Assembly (NCBI GenBank): GCA_049521795.1
Contig: JBEKOM010000003.1
Span: forward strand, 96,001-160,000
Length of the DNA stretch: 64,000 bases
Direction: 5' to 3'
Origin: Candidatus Bathyarchaeia archaeon
Lineage (GTDB): Archaea > Thermoproteota > Bathyarchaeia > Bathyarchaeales > Bathycorpusculaceae
Below are positions 48,856-57,920 of this stretch, piece after piece. Made by a program: the position numbers and the translations under genes. The notes under the pieces are model-generated. The model was not told the DNA's origin and searched no databases. It saw only the letters and a list, made by a program, of their open reading frames with translations. The stretch's first letter is position 1; each line of letters begins with the position of its first letter.

Positions 48856-49406
48856 TTTCCATAGAGAGAGTGCGGCAGAGAGCCGAGGCTGACGCTAAGA
48901 CATACGGTTACTATCTAAACCCTGACCCAGAGTTTCTCAAAGACCTGCTGGAAGGGTTGAAGCGAAACGAGGAGAGATACGGATACCCATCGTGCCCCTG
49001 CAGACGCGCGTCCGGAAAGTTCGAGTTAGACAGAGACATATTCTGTCCATGCGACTATCGAGACCCAGACGTTGCAGAACACGGATGCTGCTACTGCGCG
49101 CTCTTTGTTCGAAAGGACTTGTACGAAGGCAAGACCCCTATCCTTCCGATTCCAGAACGTAGACCCGCGGACAAGCAGGCCAGAGCCTATGCTGCAACTG
49201 CAACTGGAGAGGCAGCTGCTGGAACAGCGGATGAAAAACCGCCTGTAGTGAAGGCTGAGGGCAAGTCTGCTGAAGTGAAGAAGAAACTATGGTACTGCAA
49301 GCAATGCGGTTACGTTGTGTTTCGCGAAGACCCACCGTACGTTTGCCCGATATGCAAGGCCAAGAGAGAAATGTTTGCAGAAATAGAGATCAGCCCAAGC
49401 GGGTAG
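48852..49406 (+). CDS. Ferredoxin:thioredoxin reductase catalytic domain fused to rubredoxin (FDR-like)
   Basis: CPCR, CPC, CYC triad; C-terminal WYCKQCGY..PP..CPIC. Confidence 0.92.
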   Translation: MISIERVRQRAEADAKTYGYYLNPDPEFLKDLLEGLKRNEERYGYPSCPCRRASGKFELDRDIFCPCDYRDPDVAEHGCCYCALFVRKDLYEGKTPILPIPERRPADKQARAYAATATGEAAAGTADEKPPVVKAEGKSAEVKKKLWYCKQCGYVVFREDPPYVCPICKAKREMFAEIEISPSG

Positions 49407-49427
49407 GACGAAAAAAGAGATCCCCCT

Positions 49428-49577
49428 TCACTTTGTGACTCTTATTTCGATTCTCTTCCAAGTCTTGTTTATCCCCCGCAGGGACGTAACTGCGCCCACA
49501 ACGGTTCCGCCGAGAATCTTATCGACGAATTCGTTCAGGGGGATCTCTTCACCGTCAACCGAGAGTTTGGTTTCCAG
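49428..49577 (-). CDS. 49-aa protein resembling the archaeal MobB C-terminal module; apparent CTG start
   Basis: (M)ETKLSVDGEEIPLNEFVDKILGGTVVGAVTSLRGINKTWKRIEIRVTK; strong GAGGTGA 6 nt upstream. Confidence 0.65.
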   Translation of the reverse strand: METKLSVDGEEIPLNEFVDKILGGTVVGAVTSLRGINKTWKRIEIRVTK

Positions 49578-49671
49578 AAGTCATCACCTCTAAACTAAGT
49601 TAGCGAGTTAAGTGTAAAAGTTTTCTGTAAACCTTTTAGGCAGAGGCAGACCATTGAAAAGTGGCAAGAGA

Positions 49672-50337
49672 ATGAAGGATAAGACGAAGTTTACGGAGAA
49701 GGAAAACAGGAGCAGAGTGTTGAGGATAATCGGTGTTCTGGAGAAGGAGTTTCCCGACGCTAAGATAGCTCTGAACTACACTAGTCCTCTTGAGCTTCTG
49801 GTCGCTACGATTCTTTCCGCACAGTGCACGGATGAAAGGGTTAACATTGTGACAGAGTCGCTTTTCAAGAAGTACAGGAAGGCAGAGGACTATGCAAAAG
49901 CCGACCTTGCTGAGCTTGAAGGGGAGGTAAGGTCAACGGGCTTCTACAGGAACAAGGCGAGAAACATCAGGAACGCTGGGGAAATGCTCGTTGAAAAGTT
50001 TAATTCTCACGTTCCGAAGACGATGGAGGAGATTCTACAGCTGCCCGGCGTTGCTAGGAAAACGGCTAACATAGTTCTTCAGAACGCGTACGGCGTTGTT
50101 GAAGGAATAGCCGTTGACACCCACGTGCAAAGAGTCGCAGCAAGACTTGGACTCACGGCAAATGAGGACCCGGACAAGATAGAACAGGACTTGATGACCA
50201 TTGTGCCAAGGGATAAGTGGATGAGGATAACAGACCTGCTTATCTTTCTTGGAAGAAGAGTCTGCACAGCAAAGAAGCCTAAGTGTGAAGTGTGCGTTTT
50301 AAACAAGCTGTGTCCATCTGCCTTCACCTTCGCCTGA
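49672..50337 (+). CDS. nth: Endonuclease III
   Basis: LLVATILSAQCTD..VN, HhH LPGVARKTAN, VDTHV, C-x6-C-x2-C-x5-C. Confidence 0.96.
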   Translation: MKDKTKFTEKENRSRVLRIIGVLEKEFPDAKIALNYTSPLELLVATILSAQCTDERVNIVTESLFKKYRKAEDYAKADLAELEGEVRSTGFYRNKARNIRNAGEMLVEKFNSHVPKTMEEILQLPGVARKTANIVLQNAYGVVEGIAVDTHVQRVAARLGLTANEDPDKIEQDLMTIVPRDKWMRITDLLIFLGRRVCTAKKPKCEVCVLNKLCPSAFTFA

Positions 50338-50415
50338 CAGGTTTAGCGTCGATTTATAAGGTGCAGAGCACGTATCCTTTTAGATTGAAAGGTCGTTTAT
50401 GAAAAGTGGAGGGGG

Positions 50416-51378
50416 TTGAGGTTGGCAACTCAGCATGTTGATGGTCCGAAAATCGTGGTTGTAGGCGCGGGTTTCGTAGGATCAACGTTTGCCTACTCCC
50501 TGCTGATTCGAGGGTTGGCTTCTCAAATCGCGATCATAGACGTTAACAGGGAGCGAGCAGAGGGGGAGGTCATGGATCTGAACCATGGTCTGCCCTTCGC
50601 GTACCCGACTAGAATTTGGGCAGGCGATTACTCTGACTGTGAAGGCGCTGACATAGTGGTCATCGCGGTGGACAAGGGACAGAGGATTGAGCAGTCACGG
50701 TTAGAACTGGCCGACGGCAACTTTCAGGTTATGAAGCAGATAATTCCAAACGTCACCAGGTACAACAAGGAGTGCATACTGCTCGTGGTGACCAACCCGC
50801 TGGACGTCATGACTTACGCGGCTCTCAAACTGTCCGGACTGCCGAAGAACAGGGTGATCGGGTCTGGAACGATCTTGGACACGGCGCGGCTTCGTTACCT
50901 GCTCGGCGAGTACCTTCAAGTCGACCCTAGGAACGTGCACGCGTACATCATCGGCGAACACGGAGACAGCGAAGTGCCCGTGTGGAGCCTCGCAAACGTT
51001 GCCGGAATCAGGCTGAAAGACTATTGCCCAATATGCAAGGTTCCGTACAACATGGAAGATTTCAACAATCTCTTCTTGAAGGTGCGAAGCGCCGGAGTCG
51101 AGATCATAAGGCGAAAGGGCAGAACGTTCTACGCAGTCGCCCTGGGAATGACGAAGATCGTGGAAAGCATACTTCGAAACGAGAACGCGGTGGTGACTGT
51201 GTCCTGTTTGCTGGAAGACTATCACGGCGTCAGCGACGTGTGCCTAAGCGTCCCAGTGGTCCTAGGCCGAGAAGGCGTTAAGGAGATCATAGAGCTCCCC
51301 TTAGACGAGAAGGAGAAAGCAGAATTCCAAGAATCGGCAGCAATCATTAAGAACGTTGTGAATTCCCTAGGGTTTTAG
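50416..51378 (+). CDS. ldh: L-lactate dehydrogenase family
   Basis: GAGFVG, NPLD, GSGTILDTARL, GEHGDS; Gln at the substrate-loop position. Confidence 0.85.
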   Translation: MRLATQHVDGPKIVVVGAGFVGSTFAYSLLIRGLASQIAIIDVNRERAEGEVMDLNHGLPFAYPTRIWAGDYSDCEGADIVVIAVDKGQRIEQSRLELADGNFQVMKQIIPNVTRYNKECILLVVTNPLDVMTYAALKLSGLPKNRVIGSGTILDTARLRYLLGEYLQVDPRNVHAYIIGEHGDSEVPVWSLANVAGIRLKDYCPICKVPYNMEDFNNLFLKVRSAGVEIIRRKGRTFYAVALGMTKIVESILRNENAVVTVSCLLEDYHGVSDVCLSVPVVLGREGVKEIIELPLDEKEKAEFQESAAIIKNVVNSLGF

Positions 51379-51434
51379 AGGCGCCGAAGACGGGCTGGCT
51401 AGTCTCAAAATTCGCAGAAAACACGTTTTCAAAA

Positions 51435-51486
51435 GCTTATACATTTTGCTTATACGTTTTGCTTATACACTTTGCACATACGCTTA
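51435..51486. repeat. Four tandem 13-bp repeats (GCTTATACrTTTT)
   Basis: gcttatacatttt / gcttatacgtttt / gcttatacacttt / gcacatacgctta. Confidence 0.8.
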
Positions 51487-51514
51487 GCAGGCATTGTTGA
51501 AAACGGACGCTGCG

Positions 51515-51745
51515 CTATCTTCCATAGATTCTGACTTGCTTCTCTACTTTTCGCATAAAATCTTGAATCATCGGTTGCATAGCTTCAGGGTATCGAGAGA
51601 TGCACGTGGCCTTTTCGTTTGGCTTTAGGAAGCATTGCATTAGCTTCTTTTGCAGGATTTCCTGCTGGACTTGCCTTCCGACTTTCCAGCTGAGCTTCAT
51701 GTTGTCGATGGTTTCACCGTTGAGCAGTGTACTCTTTTTCTTCAT
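51515..51745 (-). CDS. Small hypothetical protein
   Basis: 76-aa ORF with AGGTG upstream; no recognised motif. Confidence 0.45.
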   Translation of the reverse strand: MKKKSTLLNGETIDNMKLSWKVGRQVQQEILQKKLMQCFLKPNEKATCISRYPEAMQPMIQDFMRKVEKQVRIYGR

Positions 51746-51944
51746 GTCTTCGGCACCTGTTTGATCATGGTTTATATCATGAATCTTAAGATAACATTTC
51801 TTTCAGATCCCGATACGTATCGAAAAGCGGAATATTCCGGCCTTCATAAGTTGAAAACCATTTCTGATTCCTCATGGGTGGTGGCCATTTTTTTCCACAA
51901 CGCTATTGAGCACTGACCACTGTCTGATTTATCGGTGGAGCAGG

Positions 51945-52913
51945 TTGCCGCAGTGTTGCATTGAGACTAGCGAGCTGACGATGCGTTATGGTAGCTTGGT
52001 TGCTGTTGACCACGTTTCTTTCAGCGTTGAGAAGGGTGAGGTTTTCGGTTTTCTGGGTCCAAACGGTGCGGGCAAATCGACGACTATTAAGATGTTGACG
52101 ACGCTCTTGCGGCCGACGAGCGGCAAGGCGACGGTTCTTGGGTTTGACGTTGTGTCTGAAGGAGGCAAGATCAGGCCTAGGATAGGCGTCGTGCAGCAGG
52201 AGCCGAGCTACGAGCATGCGCTGAGTGTGGAAGGAAATCTTGACATGTACGGGCTTCTGTGGAACGTGCCCAAGAAGGAGAGAAAGGAGAGGATCGAGCT
52301 TCTTCTCGACAAGTTCGGTTTGAAGGAAGCGCGGAAGACGAAGGCGCCTGAACTGTCAATTGGGCAGAGAAGGCGTCTGCAGGTTGCGAGAGAGTTCATG
52401 CATGATTCTGAGCTCATGTTTCTGGACGAACCCACGACTGGCTTGGACCCTCAGGCCAGAAGAGTGACCTTGGATTATGTGCGCGAGAAGGTGAAAAACG
52501 GTGTGACCGTTTTTTTCACGACGCACATAATGGAGGAAGCTGAGTACGTTTGTGACAGAATCGCCATAATCAACCATGGGCAGATCTTGGCCTTGGACAC
52601 CATACAGAATGTGAAGCACAGGTTTGGAGCCGTGAGCGTTATTCACGTCCGTTTTGCAGAGTACACTAGCGACTTAGACCGGAGACTGCAGAGTTTGCCT
52701 GGCGTTCAGAAAATTGTCCCTCCGCAGCAGACGGACGAGCCGTTGAAGTTGTATGCAGAAGATGCGAACGTGGTGATGCCCAGAATAATCGACGTGGCAA
52801 CGGCGCTCGGAGCGCGCATAACAGAGCTGAGAATAGAGGAACCATCACTGGATGACGTGTTCGTTCAGATGGTTAATTCGAAGGGAGAGAAGCGCAGTGA
52901 ACAGTTTTCTTAG
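51945..52913 (+). CDS. ABC-2 (DrrA-like) exporter ATP-binding subunit
   Basis: GPNGAGKST, LSIGQRRR, FLDEPTTGLD, TTHIMEEA, PSLDDVF. Confidence 0.93.
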   Translation: MPQCCIETSELTMRYGSLVAVDHVSFSVEKGEVFGFLGPNGAGKSTTIKMLTTLLRPTSGKATVLGFDVVSEGGKIRPRIGVVQQEPSYEHALSVEGNLDMYGLLWNVPKKERKERIELLLDKFGLKEARKTKAPELSIGQRRRLQVAREFMHDSELMFLDEPTTGLDPQARRVTLDYVREKVKNGVTVFFTTHIMEEAEYVCDRIAIINHGQILALDTIQNVKHRFGAVSVIHVRFAEYTSDLDRRLQSLPGVQKIVPPQQTDEPLKLYAEDANVVMPRIIDVATALGARITELRIEEPSLDDVFVQMVNSKGEKRSEQFS

Positions 52914-53664
52914 GCTGTTGTACAGGGACCTGAGGGCTGGACTTTGGTCAACCAAATCCATCATGGCCGTCCAGCTCATAACCCCGCTGTTCTACATCTT
53001 CGTCGCCGGTTTCGTCTATGCAGCCATCATCGACCCAAAAACAATTGCTGCCACCGGAGCGATCAACTACGTCCTCTTTCTCGCCCCGGGAGTGGTGGTC
53101 ATGCAGATAATGTTCGCAGCATCTATGGCCGGAGCGATGCTTTGGGTTGACAAGAGGCTGGCGATGTTCTCACAGATAGTCGTAGGCCCGTTCACCAGGT
53201 GGCAGTACATACTCAGCAAGCTGGTTTCCATCATGCTTCAGGGAATGCTGAACGCGTTCCTGGTTTTTCTCATCGCCTCTCCCTTGCTTGCAGGGCTAAA
53301 AATCACCTTCGAAGGCGCGCTCTACATTGCCGGCTCGCTTCTGCTGGGAGCGCTCTTCTTCGGTTCCCTAACGATGGCCATCTCTGTGTTCATAAAATCC
53401 AACGAGGCGTTCAACGCGATCCTCAACGTGCTGTTCACGCCTCTGATGTTTCTGAGCTCAGTCTACTACCCCCTGGAAAAAGCGCCGCTCGCGATTCAAG
53501 CCATTTCATTAGCTAATCCCCTGACCTACTCTGCAGACATGCTGAGAGCCGGACTTCTGCAGGTCTACGTCCCCCTCCTACCGTTCGAGATAGCAGCACT
53601 CATAGTTGAGAGTCTCATCGCCTTCGCAGCCGCAACAGTCGCCTTCAGACGAGTCAAACCTTAA
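52897..53664 (+). CDS. ABC-2 exporter permease
   Basis: Y..FLAPG, PLMFLS..YYP, NPLTY..D.LR; 6 TM segments. Confidence 0.92.
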   Translation: MNSFLRLLYRDLRAGLWSTKSIMAVQLITPLFYIFVAGFVYAAIIDPKTIAATGAINYVLFLAPGVVVMQIMFAASMAGAMLWVDKRLAMFSQIVVGPFTRWQYILSKLVSIMLQGMLNAFLVFLIASPLLAGLKITFEGALYIAGSLLLGALFFGSLTMAISVFIKSNEAFNAILNVLFTPLMFLSSVYYPLEKAPLAIQAISLANPLTYSADMLRAGLLQVYVPLLPFEIAALIVESLIAFAAATVAFRRVKP

Positions 53665-53910
53665 CCGTCAATTCGAACCGATGCCACCGAATTCGAGAAG
53701 AGCGCACGCTAAGTGCGTATGGAACATTCTTTCACAAGGGTTAAGTAGACGTGACCACAACACCGTCATGAAGGGTGTGTTTTCAACTTTCAGCGCGCGC
53801 TAGCGTTACTTCGTTAACCTCTCTGAACCTCTTCGATTCAATCCTTTGGAGCGCCAAGTCGGGGCGTGATGAGAGTAAATGCCCAAGCTGAAAAGGAGAA
53901 AGGAGTGAAA

Positions 53911-56283
53911 GTGAAAAGCAAAACTGTGTTCACCATAGCTCTATCAGCGTTGTTGTTCGTCATGATGTTCACAGCATTGCACGTCCCGCCCGCTAAAGCG
54001 CAGCCGACTCCAGTGTTTCCCTTGAGTCCACTGCCAGTGGTCTATGTCGATCCATCGGCAATAACAGCAGACGCAGGGCAGCAATTTAACGTCAGCATCT
54101 ACGTTAATTCCACGGTGGAGCTAGACCTGTATGCTTTCCAAATGAACGTGACGTGGACCAACGACATCCTGAACTATGAATCGGCTACATGGGGCGATGA
54201 AGGCGCAAATATGACAAAAAGCGGTGCAATGATAAGCATAAGCAGCGATGGGACAGGACAACTACAATATGCTGGAGGCCCAGCTGATTTGTATGTGGCG
54301 GTCACTTCGGTCAATTCGCCCTTAAAACTGTTCACGGTCACTTTCAAAGGCATCAGCGCGGGGACTAGCCCGATAAAACTCATCAACGTTGAGTTATTCG
54401 GCATAAGTGACGATGGCAACGGCTGGCCACCGAGTACTTCAGTGTTCAACGGTATCCCAGAGTTCACACAGTACGACAGATGGCCCGACGTGAATCATGA
54501 TGGAATGATTCAGATCTTTGACGCTTTAATAGTGTCGAATGCCGCGTGGACGTCACCAGGCCAAAAGAACTGGAATCCCGCTTGCGACTTCAATGGAGAC
54601 AACGTTGTGGACTTTTTCGATTGGCTTATACTCTCAGCCGACTTTGGCAAGACCAATGGTGAGCCAACCTGGCCCAGTCCAGCTTATCCGCTTGGTCTCA
54701 CAAACACCATATACGAGTTTAATGAAACCGTCCAGGACGGCATCGCCTACGTAACGGACGAATGGCCCATGTTTCACCACGACCTGACGCACACCGCATA
54801 TTCCACTTCAACAGCGCCGAACACAAACCAAACTCTCTGGAGCGCGCACGCGCTAACTACAACCGGCAACTACGTGACTTCTTCTCCTGCTGTTGCTGGT
54901 GGTATCGTCTATGTGGGCTCAAACGACTACCATGTTTACGCTTTGAACGCCACAACGGGCACACAGGTGTGGAGCTACGCAACACGCGGTATGGTGCGTT
55001 CTTCTCCCGCTGTTGCTGGTGGTGTCGTCTATGTGGGCTCAGACGACAACAATGTTTACGCTTTGAACGCTACGACGGGCACGCTCGTATGGAGCTACAC
55101 AAAAGGCGACTCCGTGCATTCTCCTGCTGTTGCTGGCGACGTCGTCTACGTAGGCTCAGTTGACGGCAATGTTTACGCTTTGAACGCCTCAAACGGCGCT
55201 CTCATATGGAGCTACACAACAGGCAATTATGTGGATTCTTCTCCCGCTGTTGCTGGTGGTGTCATCTACGTGGGCTCAGACGACAATAAGACGTACGCTT
55301 TGAACGCCACAACGGGCACACCAGTATGGATCTACACAACCGGCGATTGGGTGTGGTCTTCTCCTGCTGTTGCTGGTGGTGTTGTCTACGTGGGCTCACA
55401 GGACGGCGAGGTTTACGCTTTGAACGCTGCGACGGGCGCATTCGTATGGGCCTACATGACCGGCAGTGCGGTGGATTCTTCTCCTGCTGTTGTCGGTGGT
55501 GTCGTCTATGTAGCCTCAGACGACAATAATGTTTATGCTTTGAACGCCGTGACGGGCGCGCTGGTATGGAACTACACAACAGGCAGTTGGGTGTCTTCTT
55601 CTCCTGCTGTTGCTGGTGGTATCGTCTACGTAGGCTCAAGTGACCATAATGTTTATGCTTTGAACGCCTCAAACGGCGCTCTCATATGGAGCTACACAAC
55701 AGGCAATTATGTGTTTTCTTCTCCTGCTGTTGCTGGTGGTGTCGTCTTCGTGGGCTCATTAGACGGCGAGGTTTACGCTTTTGGTGTTCATTATGACGTA
55801 GCCGTCACCAATGTTGCGCCTTCTAAGACTGTGGTTGGTCAAGGCTTCAGCGCCACTATCAACGTCACAGTGGCAGATCAAGGCGACTTCACAGAAACCT
55901 TCAACGTCACAGCATTCGCCAACGCAACCATCATAGGATCAGAAAACGTCACCTTACCAGGCGGCAGCTCTACGACAGTCACGTTCACATGGAACACTAC
56001 CGGCTTTGCCTACGGCAACTACACCATAAGCGCTTACGCTTGGCCAGTTCCAGGCGAAACCAACACGGCAGACAACAACCTCACAGGCGGAACTGTTGAA
56101 GTAACTATTCCAGGCGACGTCGACGGCAACGGAAGAGTCAACATTTTGGACGCTATACTAGTGAGTAACGCCTTCTTAGCCACGCCCAGCAGCTCAAACT
56201 GGAACCCCAACGCAGACATAAACGGCGACGGCGTCGTAAACATCTTGGACTCAATAATACAGTCAAACAATTGGACTGGCTAA
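53911..56283 (+). CDS. Surface protein: signal peptide, cohesin-like domain with dockerin, 8-blade PQQ-like beta-propeller, CARDB-like Ig domain, C-terminal dockerin
   Basis: VYVDP..F.V.I.V cohesin start, DVNHDG..I.D / DFNGD..VD..D EF-hand pairs, WPMFHHD, 8x SSPAV..G.VYVGS, GDVDGNG.VNILD. Confidence 0.88.
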   Translation: MKSKTVFTIALSALLFVMMFTALHVPPAKAQPTPVFPLSPLPVVYVDPSAITADAGQQFNVSIYVNSTVELDLYAFQMNVTWTNDILNYESATWGDEGANMTKSGAMISISSDGTGQLQYAGGPADLYVAVTSVNSPLKLFTVTFKGISAGTSPIKLINVELFGISDDGNGWPPSTSVFNGIPEFTQYDRWPDVNHDGMIQIFDALIVSNAAWTSPGQKNWNPACDFNGDNVVDFFDWLILSADFGKTNGEPTWPSPAYPLGLTNTIYEFNETVQDGIAYVTDEWPMFHHDLTHTAYSTSTAPNTNQTLWSAHALTTTGNYVTSSPAVAGGIVYVGSNDYHVYALNATTGTQVWSYATRGMVRSSPAVAGGVVYVGSDDNNVYALNATTGTLVWSYTKGDSVHSPAVAGDVVYVGSVDGNVYALNASNGALIWSYTTGNYVDSSPAVAGGVIYVGSDDNKTYALNATTGTPVWIYTTGDWVWSSPAVAGGVVYVGSQDGEVYALNAATGAFVWAYMTGSAVDSSPAVVGGVVYVASDDNNVYALNAVTGALVWNYTTGSWVSSSPAVAGGIVYVGSSDHNVYALNASNGALIWSYTTGNYVFSSPAVAGGVVFVGSLDGEVYAFGVHYDVAVTNVAPSKTVVGQGFSATINVTVADQGDFTETFNVTAFANATIIGSENVTLPGGSSTTVTFTWNTTGFAYGNYTISAYAWPVPGETNTADNNLTGGTVEVTIPGDVDGNGRVNILDAILVSNAFLATPSSSNWNPNADINGDGVVNILDSIIQSNNWTG
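54872..55784 (+). repeat. Intragenic ~120-bp tandem repeat (8 propeller blades)
   Basis: Recurrent TCTCCTGCTGTTGCTGGTGGT and GTTTACGCTTTGAACGC at ~120-bp period. Confidence 0.9.
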
Positions 56284-56450
56284 TGCACGGCTGCTATCGA
56301 GCCTCAGCGACCTTCAATCCCCTTTTTTGAACTTCGTCTTCACAGCAAACACATTTGGAGCGCGTGTAAAAATCCAGGACGCAATAGCCCTCGGAAACCG
56401 CTTCCAAGAGCGCTACCCATAGATCAAACGGTCGCCATGAAGCACGCGCA

Positions 56451-56702
56451 CTAACCGTCGAGGGGGAAAAGTCTGTTACATGTGCGATTATGCGTTAAGA
56501 ACTCGCGTCCTCTTTCCGTGATGCTTGCTTTGAAGCGTTTCCTACCTTTCGATTCGAGACTTACTAATCCGTTCTCAAGCATTGCTTGGAGGAAGTGATA
56601 AGACGCTCCGACTTTGCCGAATATCCTTGTTGGGGCAGTGTCAGGTTTCTGAATGACTACTTCAAGTACTTATGCTGCGATGTCCTTCCTGCCGCTGACC
56701 AA
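56451..56702 (-). pseudogene. Winged-HTH regulator gene with an in-frame TAA at codon 11
   Basis: GGTGA + TTG start: MVSGRKDIAA*VLEVVIQKPDTAPTRIFGKVGASYHFLQAMLENGLVSLESKGRKRFKASITERGREFLTHNRTCNRLFPLDG; wing motif ITERGREFL. Confidence 0.65.
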
Positions 56703-57114
56703 AATGATCACCATGACTGGCGGACGCCATCATTTATTCCTTTTATTGATTCTTGATATCTAGAAACGAACAGTAATGTTCTTTTTGCAGATGTGACCCA
56801 GATCTGAACGGATTGCTGGTTTTGCCGCCGTTGAGTGGCGTTTAGGGTTACCTGTTCATGGTGCATAGAAGAAGTGAGGATGGTCTTCAAGGCGCCAGAC
56901 TCGAGTTCTGATATTCGCAAACTGTTACCAAGATCTAAACTGATGTGAAACTGTTTGCAGCATCGTGTTCATCGTAGCCAGAGTGTTTTCGAGACCACTC
57001 TCGCCTTGATCGTAGTGTCTGTATTCTTAGTCTGTTCGTGCATATCGGTGTCTATAAGGAGCTTTAATGTTGCTGTCGCTATTCTTATAAATTGAGAACT
57101 GAGAATGAATTCTT

Positions 57115-57900
57115 ATGCGGGCAGAGATCGGAATCATCGGCGGAACGGGCTTCTACGACCCGAAACTCCTCAGGGACGTTGAGGAAATTAGGGTGCGCAC
57201 GCCTTATGGTTCGCCTTCTGATTCGATTGCGGTTGGAGAGTTGAAAGGTAGACGCGTAGCGTTTCTGCCGAGGCACTCAAGGAAACACACGATAAGACCC
57301 ACTGACGTCAATTCGAGAGCAAACATTTTCGCTTTGAAAAAGCTTGGTGTTGAAAGGATACTTGCGCCTTCAACGGTTGGTTCTCTGAGGGAAGAGTTCA
57401 AGCCTGGAGACGTGGTGTTCATCGACCAGTTCATAGATAGAACGACCAAACGAGAGCAGTCATTCTACACGCGAAAGCGCGTGTGCCACATATCAGTAGC
57501 CGAACCGATGTGTCCAGAGTTAATGCGAACTCTGATAGAAGCAGCTGACAACATGGACGTCAGCACTCACAACGTTGGCACGTATGTTTGTATTGAAGGG
57601 CCAAGATTCTCGACGAAAGCTGAATCCAGACTGTTCAGGACGTGGGGCGCAGACGTCGTAGGCATGACGCTCGTGCCAGAGTGTGTTCTTGCCCGAGAAG
57701 CGGAGATGTGCTATTCTTCAATTGCGACTGTTACTGATTACGACGCGTGGAAAGACCAGCCTGTGACGGCGAATGAAGTTTTGAAGACTATGAGGGCGAA
57801 CGTGGAAAAGGTCAAGAGCATAATTGCTGAAGCAGTTCCAAACATACCGAGAGAAAGAAGATGCGAATGTAAGAACGCGTTGAAAAGTGCTCTAATCTGA
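57115..57900 (+). CDS. mtnP: 5'-methylthioadenosine phosphorylase
   Basis: IGIIGGTG, TPYG.PS, FLPRH, EGPRFSTKAES, VGMT, VTDYD. Confidence 0.95.
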   Translation: MRAEIGIIGGTGFYDPKLLRDVEEIRVRTPYGSPSDSIAVGELKGRRVAFLPRHSRKHTIRPTDVNSRANIFALKKLGVERILAPSTVGSLREEFKPGDVVFIDQFIDRTTKREQSFYTRKRVCHISVAEPMCPELMRTLIEAADNMDVSTHNVGTYVCIEGPRFSTKAESRLFRTWGADVVGMTLVPECVLAREAEMCYSSIATVTDYDAWKDQPVTANEVLKTMRANVEKVKSIIAEAVPNIPRERRCECKNALKSALI

Positions 57901-57920
57901 ACGGGCTTCGTGACGATGGA

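Noticed and set aside
54872-55784. Regular repeats as a CRISPR array or DGR target/template pair
   Set aside because: The units are in-frame 40-aa protein repeats, the differences are not adenine-restricted, and no cas or reverse transcriptase gene is in the window.
56708-57060. Short minus-strand ORFs upstream of the wHTH pseudogene
   Set aside because: Fragmented frames with no recognisable motif or ribosome-binding site.
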